Assembly: GCF_000008385.1 (NCBI RefSeq)
Contig: NC_006833.1
Coordinates: 630,001-662,000, forward strand
Direction: 5' to 3'
From: Wolbachia endosymbiont strain TRS of Brugia malayi
Lineage (GTDB): Bacteria; Pseudomonadota; Alphaproteobacteria; Rickettsiales; Anaplasmataceae
DNA: 32,000 bases
The notes under the pieces were generated by a model, which ran no database searches, was not told where the DNA came from, and was given only the letters and a program-made list of their open reading frames with translations. Each line of letters starts with the position of its first letter. Position 1 is the stretch's first letter. Below are positions 1-10,842 of this stretch, one piece after another. A program made the translations under genes and the position numbers.

Positions 1-833
1 GCTACAATTATAATCAAAGTAAGAATTAAAAACATCACATTTCTTTCAGTCTCCAAAGCATTAAAATAGTGGCTCTGTTGTAATTGCCAACTTCTAGCTT
101 CCATTCCCGTTTCTTTTTCTATAATATTTGCTAGCTCATTAGCCTTAGTAAGGTCACTCACAAATACTTCTATGTTTCTTGCACTATCTCTATAGTGAAA
201 AAAAGCTTGTGCTGATTTTATGGGCATGTATATCAAGGTATTATCATACTCAAACATGCCCATATCAAATATCGCTATGACCTCATATTCTTTCATTCTC
301 GGCACCTCACTAAGCAATGAATCAAACCCCTCAGATGATATAAGCACAATTTTATCTCCATAACCAACGTCCAATACTTCCGCTAAGCGTGCCCCTATTA
401 CTACTCCTTTATCAAATTTTCTCACATCACCTACAATTACACTGTTTTTAATAGTAGTATTATTAAGCAAATCTTTAGCTGACACACCCCGCACTACAGC
501 ACCAACAATTCTGCTATTTGCTGTAATGATAACTTGATCATTGGTCATAAGGGTTGCTTTTAATACACCTGGAATCTTCTTAACAGATTCTAATACTGTA
601 CGGTAATCTGAATTTATGTTTCTATCAAAATAAACATTGATATGGCCATCAATGCCAAGTATTGAGTCAAGCAACCTTGCTCTAAATCCGTTCATTACAG
701 ACATCACCACTATTAACGTTGCAACTCCAAGAGCAATACCTATAATAGAGAACAAAGTCATTGCAGAGCAAAATTTGGCATTCTTTGCTCGCAAATAGCG
801 AACAGCCATAGTAATTTCAAAGACAATGGACAT
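1..833 (-). CDS. Lipoprotein-releasing ABC transporter permease, LolC/LolE family (3' end runs off the window)
   Basis: Open minus-strand frame from ATG (CAT at 831-833) to the window edge, absent from the ORF track because it is partial. Translation begins MSIVFEITMAVRYLRAKNAKFCSAMTLFSIIGIALGVATLIVVMSVMNGFRARLLDSILGIDGHINVYF, the typical LolC/E N-terminus. Confidence 0.92.
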   Translation of the reverse strand, partial: MSIVFEITMAVRYLRAKNAKFCSAMTLFSIIGIALGVATLIVVMSVMNGFRARLLDSILGIDGHINVYFDRNINSDYRTVLESVKKIPGVLKATLMTNDQVIITANSRIVGAVVRGVSAKDLLNNTTIKNSVIVGDVRKFDKGVVIGARLAEVLDVGYGDKIVLISSEGFDSLLSEVPRMKEYEVIAIFDMGMFEYDNTLIYMPIKSAQAFFHYRDSARNIEVFVSDLTKANELANIIEKETGMEARSWQLQQSHYFNALETERNVMFLILTLIIIV

Positions 834-944
834 TACTTGAGATTAAATATTATATTTTTAAGATTCATATAATCGTAGACTTCCCCTTACTTAAAAACTA
901 GGTCGCCTTTAATCTAGCAGGCTTATAGGGTATATCCAATACTT

Positions 945-2261
945 TAATATTATAATCTTCCATATACATCATCTAATCTAACTATATTATTATTAGACAA
1001 AAGCTCACCTACTTGAAATTCAACTATTTCAAGTGAAGCGCTTGTGCTTCTATTTTCAATCCTATGGAAAAATTTCCTTAGAATTTCTATCACATAATCT
1101 TCTATTATAGCATGTGTTTTATTGTATAAACTAACATATCCAATTACTGACAGTACTATATGGTACTCATCCCTACAGTGATGGAACTGCCTAGAAATGT
1201 AACTTAATGGATTTATAAAAAGGCATTTTACAAGAAAATTCTCGCACATTAAAATTACACTATAAAATCCCCATGGTTTAACTTCTTTTCTTATCGCTTT
1301 TCCTTCCTTAACTCTATAATAAACGATATTAGGCTCTCATCTGAAACATTTCGCTGTTTATAAAAGCCTTACCTAGCAAATTTTCTGCATCACTTTCTGT
1401 TGTCAAAATCGGTTCTTTTTCTCTAGTTACGTATTGGGATGATACTCTGGTTCTTTATCAAACTTCTTACTTAATCCTAAAACAGAACTCCAAGTTCCAA
1501 CATCTATCTAATCAAAATTAGCTTCTATTATTGCAATATTTCTTGCTCTTTTCATCACCAAATAATCAATAGAAATGCCTTCAATTTCTACACAATCTCG
1601 TTGTTTTAAATACAGCAATCTCTCTTGTAGAGAGAAATGCTTTATACTTGCACAATACAATTATAAAAATGCAGAACATATTTTTTAGTCTCACCTATAT
1701 AGCGTTTCGCTTTAAATACAAATATGCCAGAGTTCCAGTAATGATAATTACTTAGTTTATGCTCAGGCTTTTTTATGAAATCTTTTACTACATAATATTT
1801 CTCTTTCTGATCATACACTACATCGATATAGCCGTATTCAGGATTAAACTCATGAAGTTTCACCCTAGATGTAACCATAGAGTCAGTTCAGAGGCTAGCT
1901 GAGATGCTTTCTCAACAGAAGCATAAAAATTATTTAAATCGTCTATAAAATAGATTGAAGGTAGAATTAACATTGTCTCGTTTTTATCGTAAAGAAATGC
2001 TAAAATCAGTAGCACCACTGCAGTTCCAATTTTTACTAGCCCGAAAATCACTTTATATTCCTGCAGCACATTTAACTCTTCCATTACCAACGATTCACAC
2101 TGCATACTTGTGGCAATTATGGGTAGCATATAATCACTTTTTAATTTCAACAAAGTGCTCTGAAACATAGTGCTACAGCTAAACATTTTATGAAACTGCC
2201 TTGGGTTAGATAAAGGCCAAAGTCTACTACCACTACCACCACATAGTATTACAGGGCGCAT
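945..2261 (-). pseudogene. Decayed mannose-1-phosphate guanylyltransferase (ManC/CpsB-like)
   Basis: Ordered fragments in different frames: MRPVILCGGSGSRLWPLSNPRQFHKMF, then ETMLILPSIYFIDDLNNFYASV, then DFIKKPEHKLSNYHYWNSGIFVFKAKRYI, then EIEGISIDYLVMKRARNIAIIEANFD*IDVGTWSSVL, then KPWGFYSVIL, then RQFHHCRDEYHIVLSVIGYV..HRIENRSTSASLEIVEFQVGELLSNNNIVRLDDVYGR (cupin end). Stops and frameshifts lie between them. Confidence 0.9.
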
Positions 2262-2375
2262 TTAGTAAAAAATAGCTAAATAATTAATAACTTATATTAA
2301 AGGTAAAATGTGTGCAAGCTTTTGTTGTAGAACAGTTAAGGTAGAAAGTAAATATTAACTTAAAGTAATAGCAAA

Positions 2376-3641
2376 TCAATTATGGATTTGTGAAACACAT
2401 TTATCTTGGTCTCGCTCTTCGTTCAATTTACTAACATAATCAATTTTTCTTTGTATTAGGGTTCTTGGCTGCGTTGTGTCTTGCTCTAAGTCTTTTTCTT
2501 GTTTCCCAGAATCAGTCATATTTTCATCACCTTTGCTCAATCTGCCTTCCAACTCTTCCTCAATAATCGACCTCTTAGCATCAAGTTCTTTCCATGTACC
2601 TGCAACCTCACGTTTAGGGTAATCTTTTTTCTTTAGCTCTGATCTTTTCCCATCTTTAATGACCGAATAATCATTCTTTGCTTCCTGCCAACATTCTTTC
2701 AATTGGTATTTCCACATAGTCCAGTAAGCATCACCATACTCTTCTTTATTTGCTACAAATGCACAGATCGGCAACTTTAGCAAGGTAGCCAACATATTTA
2801 CTGAATTCTTTACTGCCACTGCAGGAGTAAATAAAAAAAAATAACCAAAAAATTTTGCGATTAGACTTTGTTTACCTATTAAATACTCTCCCAACTCCAT
2901 AGGAATATAGGTCAGTAATTTAGCACAAATCTTAGCTAAGCCCGCAGCAAAAACAATAGGAACAGATATAATGCTCTTGCCTAGTTCTAGGTTATTACTT
3001 TGATCTCTAATTTCAAAAAAACTAGTGCTTAGTTTCTTATAATCACTAGTATATAATAATTCTCCATTTCTTTCTTTTTCATCAACAATTTCTTTGACTT
3101 CATTGCTTTTCTTATTTTTAGTTTTCTTAGTAGGCACAGAAGAATTGGTGAATTCAAATGAACATGTAGACTTCTTAGTTTTTTGAGCTTCAAAAACTGG
3201 CAAATATTTTTCAAGATCTATTTTTAAAAACCCAAATGGCTTATAAAAGCTATGATAATCATTATTATCACACTTACCCTTACTGACCTTGCCCTTATCA
3301 ACTAAAAATTTAATGGTAAAATAAGACTTGTCACCAATTTCCATAATTTTAGTTAATTCAAAAATTGGCCACCCATCTTTATTTTTATTTCCATATAAAA
3401 GCCTATAGGTTGGATTTCTATCCTTATCTAGCACAGAATTTCCATGCATATCCTTATTTTCTATAACTTTACCAGATTCTACAACCTGATCATAATTTTT
3501 TGGATATCGGCATTTTCGCCCATCCTTATATATCATTACTTTTCTAAGGTCTTTGACATAAACTTGAGATTCGGATGGAGTAAACAGATCCTTTGTTTTC
3601 AGTACAAAATCCGTTCCTACTCTCTTTAACGCCTCTAACAT
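2376..3641 (-). CDS. Hypothetical protein, 421 aa, with a central hydrophobic region and a charged C-terminus
   Basis: Long intact ORF in an AT-rich genome. Hydrophobic central segment (ISVPIVFAAGLAKICAKLLTYIPMELGEYLIG...FFGYFFLFTPAVAVKNSVNMLATLLKLPICAF). Confidence 0.75.
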   Translation of the reverse strand: MLEALKRVGTDFVLKTKDLFTPSESQVYVKDLRKVMIYKDGRKCRYPKNYDQVVESGKVIENKDMHGNSVLDKDRNPTYRLLYGNKNKDGWPIFELTKIMEIGDKSYFTIKFLVDKGKVSKGKCDNNDYHSFYKPFGFLKIDLEKYLPVFEAQKTKKSTCSFEFTNSSVPTKKTKNKKSNEVKEIVDEKERNGELLYTSDYKKLSTSFFEIRDQSNNLELGKSIISVPIVFAAGLAKICAKLLTYIPMELGEYLIGKQSLIAKFFGYFFLFTPAVAVKNSVNMLATLLKLPICAFVANKEEYGDAYWTMWKYQLKECWQEAKNDYSVIKDGKRSELKKKDYPKREVAGTWKELDAKRSIIEEELEGRLSKGDENMTDSGKQEKDLEQDTTQPRTLIQRKIDYVSKLNEERDQDKCVSQIHN

Positions 3642-3726
3642 ACTGTTAAACCAAGATCACTATAAGCACTATAGTTCAATAATAAAACTAGCACATTAAT
3701 AATACATTAACATAGAACTAGCAATT

Positions 3727-4092
3727 TTATAAGAAAACATGCTTATAAAAGAAAAAAATTGTAAAGGCAAGAACTATATAAGTGATGCTTGACAAATACT
3801 TTATACATGTAATTGTAAAAATCCTTAGAGGTATACTGTGTATATAATCTTCACACACTACCTGCATTCCAAGAACTGCGTGCCAAAAAATACAAAACAG
3901 CAATACAACAAAAAATAGAAGATCTAGGGGGTGATTAATAGCCTGAAATAATTTTTCATTAAAAGATAAAGAATTATTAGCATAAAATGCGTAAGAAAAT
4001 GAATAGATAAACCAAGGAAGTAAAAATAGTAAAATTACCGCAGAAATACGATGAACCCACCAATAATGTACTGCATTTCCAGATTGATTCAT
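3727..4092 (-). CDS. sdhD: Succinate dehydrogenase hydrophobic membrane anchor subunit
   Basis: MNQSGNAVHYWWVHRISAVILLFLLPWF...HAVLGMQVVCEDYI; three hydrophobic segments, conserved HR and H...G...DY motifs; overlaps sdhC by 4 nt. Confidence 0.9.
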   Translation of the reverse strand: MNQSGNAVHYWWVHRISAVILLFLLPWFIYSFSYAFYANNSLSFNEKLFQAINHPLDLLFFVVLLFCIFWHAVLGMQVVCEDYIHSIPLRIFTITCIKYLSSITYIVLAFTIFFFYKHVFL

Positions 4093-4466
4093 ATAAACAC
4101 AAATAAAAAAGCCATAGTAGAAAGAATTAGCATTACTGTCAGTAGCATAGCACTTTTTAAAACATCAGTAATCTCTAAGTTAAATCCAGCATCCCATAAT
4201 AAATGACGAATACCATTAAGAAAATGGTATGAAAAACTTATAAAGCATAGAATGCAAACTAATTTAGCAATAAAAGTAGACAATAATACGTTTAAGCATT
4301 TTACTATAAATAGTTCAGGAAAATAAACATGTAATGTAAAATACCAAGAAAGCATCACCAACAAAAGGAATAGTAAGATACCAGTTAATCTGTGCATAAT
4401 AGAGAAGAAATTAGTAACTTGTACTTTATATATCTGTAAATGCGGAGAAAGGGGCCTATCAATCAT
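4089..4466 (-). CDS. sdhC: Succinate dehydrogenase cytochrome b556 subunit
   Basis: MIDRPLSPHLQIYKVQVTNFFSIMHRLTGILL (RPLSPHL...Y and S..HR.TG signatures) and SYHFLNGIRHLLWDAG. Confidence 0.95.
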   Translation of the reverse strand: MIDRPLSPHLQIYKVQVTNFFSIMHRLTGILLFLLLVMLSWYFTLHVYFPELFIVKCLNVLLSTFIAKLVCILCFISFSYHFLNGIRHLLWDAGFNLEITDVLKSAMLLTVMLILSTMAFLFVFI

Positions 4467-4505
4467 AAAACTTCATTATCGGGAAATTAAAAAACAAAGT
4501 AAAAG

Positions 4506-4521
4506 TAAAGACAGCAGTATA
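4506..4521 (-). promoter_or_regulatory. 3' half of the putative 16S precursor-processing stem
   Basis: Transcript TATACTGCTGTCTTTA pairs perfectly with the leader segment at 6135-6150. Confidence 0.75.
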
Positions 4522-4569
4522 GTACATAATAGCGCCACTATTAAAAGTGGTGAATCATGCACAAAGCCC

Positions 4570-6071
<1,502 letters not shown>

Positions 6072-6134
6072 TAGACTTTAACCTATAAAAGGTTAAGGGT
6101 ATATCGGATAAATCCGATAAAAAATAATTTAGCT

Positions 6135-6150
6135 TATACTGCTGTCTTTA
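6135..6150 (-). promoter_or_regulatory. 5' half of the putative 16S precursor-processing stem
   Basis: Transcript TAAAGACAGCAGTATA is exactly complementary over 16 nt to the trailer segment at 4506-4521. Confidence 0.75.
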
Positions 6151-6202
6151 TTTCTACTTTAGAAATATTTTAACTTCCAACTATTCAAACAACTTTGAAA
6201 AC

Positions 6203-6231
6203 ATTATCATGTGATACAATAACTATGTCAA
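6203..6231 (-). promoter_or_regulatory. sigma70-like promoter for 16S rRNA
   Basis: On the minus strand: TTGACA (6231-6226), 17-nt spacer, GATAAT (6208-6203), about 130 nt upstream of the mature 16S 5' end. Confidence 0.7.
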
Positions 6232-6291
6232 TATGTTTTTGCAAATTAAAAAGTATTAAGATACAAATACATATCTATTGAGGATACTACT

Positions 6292-6837
6292 ATGAAAAAA
6301 TACATCTTTTTACTTGCATTGGTGTTAATATTAGTAGGCATTACATTACACTTATTGCACAATATTGATAACACAAAACAATCTATAACCGCAGGTAATC
6401 AGTTTTATGAAATACTATTCTCCAAAAAAGATAATAAGCTACTAGAAGAAACAGATTCAAATTGGAAGCATTTAGCAAACTTTGAAGGTGCATTTAATCA
6501 TATATCAAATTTAACATTAACAGATGCAGTATCTATTTATAGTAGTATGGCAGATAATAAAGATGTTCCTAATATTTTACGCGAGTTAGCACAATATTTA
6601 GAAATAATGAATTTACTTCACCTAAATGGTGAAAAAATAAATGAAAATAAAATTAACAATCTAGAATCAAGCATAGTATACCCCTATTCAAGCCAAGAAG
6701 CCATCGCTATAGTAAAGATACATAATAATGATATTAAAGGTGCGATCAAAATATTGCATTTACTATTAAACGATAGAAAATGTCCTACTCTAATAAAGGA
6801 TAGAGCACAAGAATTACTCCGGATATATGGGAATTAA
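6292..6837 (+). CDS. YfgM/TPR-like membrane-anchored protein
   Basis: N-terminal TM helix (YIFLLALVLILVGITLHLL), then a helical-repeat-like soluble domain (AGNQFYEILFS...NDIKGAIKILHLLLNDRKCPTLIKDRAQELLRI). Confidence 0.7.
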   Translation: MKKYIFLLALVLILVGITLHLLHNIDNTKQSITAGNQFYEILFSKKDNKLLEETDSNWKHLANFEGAFNHISNLTLTDAVSIYSSMADNKDVPNILRELAQYLEIMNLLHLNGEKINENKINNLESSIVYPYSSQEAIAIVKIHNNDIKGAIKILHLLLNDRKCPTLIKDRAQELLRIYGN

Positions 6838-7029
6838 AATTCATTAGATTTTTTGTATAACCGTACGGTTTTTAGTAGCACACCTGGGCATTCAGTCATC
6901 ACTTAGGTAGCTGATAGAAACGAAAAAAATTACTTGGCAAGCTTCGTCAGCTTCCTTACTATAGAATTAAAGCTATTTACCTTCACAATTTGTGCAGGTT
7001 AATGACAAAAAATCTAGGATATTTTGCAT

Positions 7030-7230
7030 CTTATGTTTAATTTTTTGCACTATGTGCACGTACGTCTTTATAAAACTTCTAAGTTTTTACCTAATATGAG
7101 CCAAAATGTGCTTATAAAGAGTTCAAAACAGCAAAGAACTTTAAATCGACAAAGGAGAATTTGAATACTAGCTATCTTAGGTTTTTCTTGCCTTTTTCCT
7201 ATTTAGTAAATTTCTTAAATATTTTAGCTA
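7030..7230 (+). repeat. Copy 1 of the dispersed degenerate ~200-bp repeat
   Basis: ATCTTATGTTTAATTTTTTGCACTATGTGCACGTACGTCTTTATAAAACTTCTAAGTTTTTACCTA...TTCTTGCCTTTTTCCTATTTAGTAAATTTCTTAAATATTTTAGCTAAA. Confidence 0.7.
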
Positions 7231-7370
7231 AAGCAACTTAAGAGCAGCAAGCGCTACAAAAAAACACCAATATTTAAAACAGTAACTATTTGCCTTTTCT
7301 CTGGGATATGCAAGAAGCCTATTCAAATTAAGGCTTAAAAAAAATTTAAGCACTGGCTAGCAACACAAAT

Positions 7371-7871
7371 TTAGAGTACAAAATTTTTATTCCTTCTCAA
7401 TAAAACATAAAAAGCCCCTTTACCACCATGTTTTTTTGTAGCTTGTTGATAGTATAGAATCATATGCCGAATTTTAGTATCATTCAACCACTTACTTAAA
7501 TTATTCTTTATAGTATCCGCTTTACCTGTTCCATTACCTTGTCCTGTAATTATCAATAAACCTCTACTCTCTGTTTGATAATTTTTAATAATAAAATCTA
7601 TCAATTTACAGTAAGCATCTTCTATATTATAACCATGAAGGTCTAGTCTATCGCTTATAAAATATTTACCCTTATTAACTTTTGATTTTGTGTTATAGTC
7701 AAGGCAAAATGATAAGCTAATATTGTTGGTACTGAGAAATTTTTCTTGTAAGTCAGAAGTACCTTTATTGACTATAGATTTTGTGCCCACTTTATGGTCA
7801 ATTTTCAAAGTAACCTTCCCACATTCTATTGGCTTAACGTTTTTTTTCCAATCTAACTCATCGTCTGACAT
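7371..7871 (-). CDS. Smr-domain protein
   Basis: SDRLDLHGYNIEDAYCKLIDFIIKNYQ...RGLLIITGQGNGTGKADTIKNNLSKWL...HGGKGAFYVLLRR matches Smr domain motifs (LDLHG, TG.G, G..G..YV.L). Confidence 0.9.
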   Translation of the reverse strand: MSDDELDWKKNVKPIECGKVTLKIDHKVGTKSIVNKGTSDLQEKFLSTNNISLSFCLDYNTKSKVNKGKYFISDRLDLHGYNIEDAYCKLIDFIIKNYQTESRGLLIITGQGNGTGKADTIKNNLSKWLNDTKIRHMILYYQQATKKHGGKGAFYVLLRRNKNFVL

Positions 7872-7930
7872 AAACGCATTAATTAAATTGTATAATTTTA
7901 CAACAATATCTAAGCATAGTAAAATGCTGC

Positions 7931-8740
7931 TTGTTTTATGGAAACTCGACCTTTAATAATACGATGAAATCATTAAAACTTAATAAGAATTTTTGGTTGT
8001 ATGGAAAACATACCTGCATGTTAGCACTGAAGAACAAAAATAGGCTATGTATAGAACTGTTGGTAACAGAAAATTCTTATAGAGAATATGAAAAAGAAAT
8101 TAGACAATGTGTAGATAGTAAGGGTATCAAAGTTCAGCTAGTAAAGAACAAAATACTTAGTGAAGTTCTATCTAAAAGCGCTAATCACCAGGGAATTGCT
8201 TTAAAAGTTGCTCCTATTCTTCATAGCTTAAGTATCAAGGAAATAGCTGAAAGCTCGAGCGACAGCTCTACCATAGTCATTTTAGATCAAGTTACTGATA
8301 CGCACAACATTGGGTCAATTTTAAGAACATCAGCTTGTTTTAATGTCGACGCATTGGTTTTACCATATAACCATTCACCAAGCGAAAATGCATCTATTGC
8401 AAAAGCGGCAAGTGGGACATTAGACATTGTCCCGCTAATACATGTCACAAATGTAGTAAAAACTATGGAATATTTAAAAAAAGTCGGTTACTGGTGTTAT
8501 GGGTTTGATAGCAATGCTAAAGAGAACATAGATGAAATAAAGAGCTTTGGGAAAAAAATAGTAATCATTTTTGGTTCTGAAGGGAAAGGAATGCGGAGGT
8601 TAGTTAAAGAAAATTGTGATTATCTTTTAAAAATCCCAATGTCAAATGTAATTGATAGTTTAAACGTTTCAAATGCAGCAGCAATAGGATTATACTCTGT
8701 CTATACTAAAACATTGCATATTAATTATAATAAAAAGTGA
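7931..8740 (+). CDS. rlmB: TrmH/SpoU-family rRNA 2'-O-methyltransferase (RlmB-like); start may be internal, near 7964
   Basis: FWLYGKHTCMLALKN; LDQVTDTHNIGSILRTSACFNVDALVLP; VIIFGSEGKGMRRLVKENCDYLLKIPMSNVIDSLNVSNAAAIGLY (SpoU motifs 1-3). Confidence 0.92.
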   Translation: MFYGNSTFNNTMKSLKLNKNFWLYGKHTCMLALKNKNRLCIELLVTENSYREYEKEIRQCVDSKGIKVQLVKNKILSEVLSKSANHQGIALKVAPILHSLSIKEIAESSSDSSTIVILDQVTDTHNIGSILRTSACFNVDALVLPYNHSPSENASIAKAASGTLDIVPLIHVTNVVKTMEYLKKVGYWCYGFDSNAKENIDEIKSFGKKIVIIFGSEGKGMRRLVKENCDYLLKIPMSNVIDSLNVSNAAAIGLYSVYTKTLHINYNKK

Positions 8741-8807
8741 TTTTATGCTTGATAAAAGTGCAGTTTTGTATTACAATATATTATTATAAGGATGAAAGGA
8801 GTATATT

Positions 8808-9530
8808 ATGTCTTATATGAAAAATGAGCAAGATATCCGCTCTCAAGGCGTTTACTATAGCGCTGGGCTTAGAAGTTATCTAACTAAAGTATATAATTAT
8901 ATGGCTTTAGCTTTAGGTATAACAGGGCTTATTGCATTTCTAACGGTGTTTTTTGATCTCTTTCAGGTAATTTATTCTAACCCCGTTCTTTCGATTGTGG
9001 TAATCCTATCTCCAATTGTACTAGTATTTTACATGTCTCATAGACTTCAATACCTAAGTGCTCAGTCCACAGTCACTGTATTTTTCCTGTTTTCAGTCCT
9101 AATGGGGCTCTCCCTATCTTATATCTTTATAGTTTATACTACAGAAAATATAGCAAGAGCATTCTTCATCACATCAATTATGTTTGGTTCTATGGCTTTA
9201 TACGGCAATAGTACAAAAAAAGATTTAACTAGTATGGGTTCCTTTTTGATTATGGGAATCTGGGGGTTAATTATTGCATCCATAGTTAATTTATTTCTTG
9301 GAAGTAGTCCTCTCTACTTTGCAATATCGTTCATATCAGTAATAGTCTTTACCTTAATGACTGCATACGATGCTCAGAGAATTAAAGATGTTTATTATAG
9401 ATATAATGATGGTTCAGAAGCTGTAACCACTAAGCTAGCTATATTTGGTGCAACTAATCTTTATTTTGATTTTATCAACGTATTCCTCAATTTACTCAGG
9501 TTACTTAACTTGTTCAACAATAGGGATTAG
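8808..9530 (+). CDS. Bax inhibitor-1/YccA family membrane protein
   Basis: Seven hydrophobic segments with GLRSYLTKVYNYMALALGITG and TAYDAQRIK typical of BI-1 family proteins. Confidence 0.92.
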   Translation: MSYMKNEQDIRSQGVYYSAGLRSYLTKVYNYMALALGITGLIAFLTVFFDLFQVIYSNPVLSIVVILSPIVLVFYMSHRLQYLSAQSTVTVFFLFSVLMGLSLSYIFIVYTTENIARAFFITSIMFGSMALYGNSTKKDLTSMGSFLIMGIWGLIIASIVNLFLGSSPLYFAISFISVIVFTLMTAYDAQRIKDVYYRYNDGSEAVTTKLAIFGATNLYFDFINVFLNLLRLLNLFNNRD

Positions 9531-10070
9531 ATGGTCCCCTCTGTAAGGAGAAGCAGTAAGAGTTCTATAGTTTTCTTTCTAATATCTTTAGTGATATTGA
9601 TGCTGTGTTTTGCATACGCATCGGTACCACTATATAGCATCTTCTGTAAAGCTACTGGGTACGGCGGTACAACAAGAAAAGTAACCAGTGCGACAACTAA
9701 CATAGCTAACCAAAAAATTAGAGTTCATTTCAATGCTGATGTAATGCTAGATTTACCATGGAAATTCAATTCAGAAACTAATTATATCGATACAAACATA
9801 GGGGAACAAAGTTTAACTTTTTATTACGTAGAAAATCTATCTGATCAGCCCTTGCTTGGAATGGCAGTGTATAACGTTACACCTTTCAAAGCAGGTAAGT
9901 ATTTCAATAAAGTTGCATGCTTTTGTTTTGAAGAGCAAATATTGCTACCCAAACAAAAAGTAGCTATGCCTGTATCCTTCTACATAGATCCTAACATAAT
10001 GCTTGATGATAGCACAAAAGATTTAAGTGAAATAACACTATCATATACATTTTTTAAGCTTAAACAGTAG
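9531..10070 (+). CDS. ctaG: Cytochrome c oxidase assembly protein CtaG/Cox11
   Basis: YASVPLYSIFCKATGYGGTT; FNADVMLDLPWKF; KYFNKVACFCFEEQILLPKQKVAMPVSFYIDP. Confidence 0.96.
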   Translation: MVPSVRRSSKSSIVFFLISLVILMLCFAYASVPLYSIFCKATGYGGTTRKVTSATTNIANQKIRVHFNADVMLDLPWKFNSETNYIDTNIGEQSLTFYYVENLSDQPLLGMAVYNVTPFKAGKYFNKVACFCFEEQILLPKQKVAMPVSFYIDPNIMLDDSTKDLSEITLSYTFFKLKQ

Positions 10071-10119
10071 GGAAAGTGAGTTTCTTACTTAAAAAACCAC
10101 AAATCTCTTATTTCAAAAT

Positions 10120-10665
10120 GTGTGCGTAAATTGTGAACGCATAATCGATAAAAATTATGATCTGTGTAGCGAGTGCAATAAAAAAATTAACTTTTTAACT
10201 AAACATTACTGCAACGTTTGCAGTACAGCAATTTCAGACAACATTTATATGTGTGGTAAGTGCATCACTAATCTCTCACCGTTTAAAGTGTTAAAATCAG
10301 TTTGTGCTTATGATCAACACAGTAAAAATATGATCATAAATCTTAATTTTTAAGAATTTAAATTATGCAAAAGTCTATATGAAGTGGATATGTCAAGCTA
10401 ACAAGGATATACTTCGCTTGCAAAGGAATTAAGTAAGTTATCCAACTTGTCTTATACACCACTTTTGCAATAAAACGTCCTCGCCATACCACACTTCAAG
10501 CTAGTCTTTGACTTAAATAGCGTAAAAAATTTAGAAAAGGCTTTTAAAACAAGTAATAACAAAATTATCAAAAATAAAATCGTGATATTGGCTGATGATA
10601 TGGTAACAACTGGAGCACCTGTAAGGTCCTGTTCTCAAGAAATCTCAAATTCTAGTGCAAGGGAG
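10120..10665 (+). pseudogene. comF: Decayed ComF-family phosphoribosyltransferase
   Basis: N-terminal cysteine-rich zinc-ribbon (MCVNCERIIDKNYDLCSECNKKI...CNVCSTAI...MCGKC) then stops; later fragments KRPRHTTLQASL and KIVILADDMVTTGAPVRSCSQ match the ComF PRPP-binding region in other frames. Confidence 0.85.
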
Positions 10666-10749
10666 TAAGAGTGTTGTCACCTGCAAAAACGGTGAATGAT
10701 TAGGCCTCTTACGTAACTACATAAAAAATTAGCAGTCCACTCTTCGGTG

Positions 10750-10816
10750 TTATCCCAGTGCTTGATACTGGAATCTATTTTTTCTGGACTTAGCGTCACA
10801 CGCTGGAATGACAGGA
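10750..10816. repeat. Wolbachia palindromic element-like repeat (intergenic)
   Basis: TGTTATCCCAGTGCTTGATACTGGAATCT...TTAGCGTCACACGCTGGAATGACAG; outer arms TGTTATCCCAGTG / CGCTGGAATGACA are imperfect inverted repeats. Confidence 0.75.
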
Positions 10817-10842
10817 GGCAACGCAAGAAGCCCATTTGAAAA

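Noticed and set aside
1955-2170. 71-aa plus ORF
   Set aside because: Antisense to the guanylyltransferase pseudogene; no homology recognised.
3444-3629. Plus ORF MHILIFYNFTRFYN... and nearby 3029-3214 minus ORF
   Set aside because: Overlap the intact 421-aa ORF in other frames and look like AT-rich shadow translations.
4535-4550. CCACTATTAAAAGTGG hairpin after 16S, considered as a terminator
   Set aside because: Only a 5-bp stem and no downstream U-tract on the transcribed strand.
6859-6870. Perfect palindrome AACCGTACGGTT followed by T-rich DNA downstream of the TPR-like gene, considered as a terminator
   Set aside because: No loop can form at the palindrome centre without breaking most of the stem; too weak to call as a terminator.
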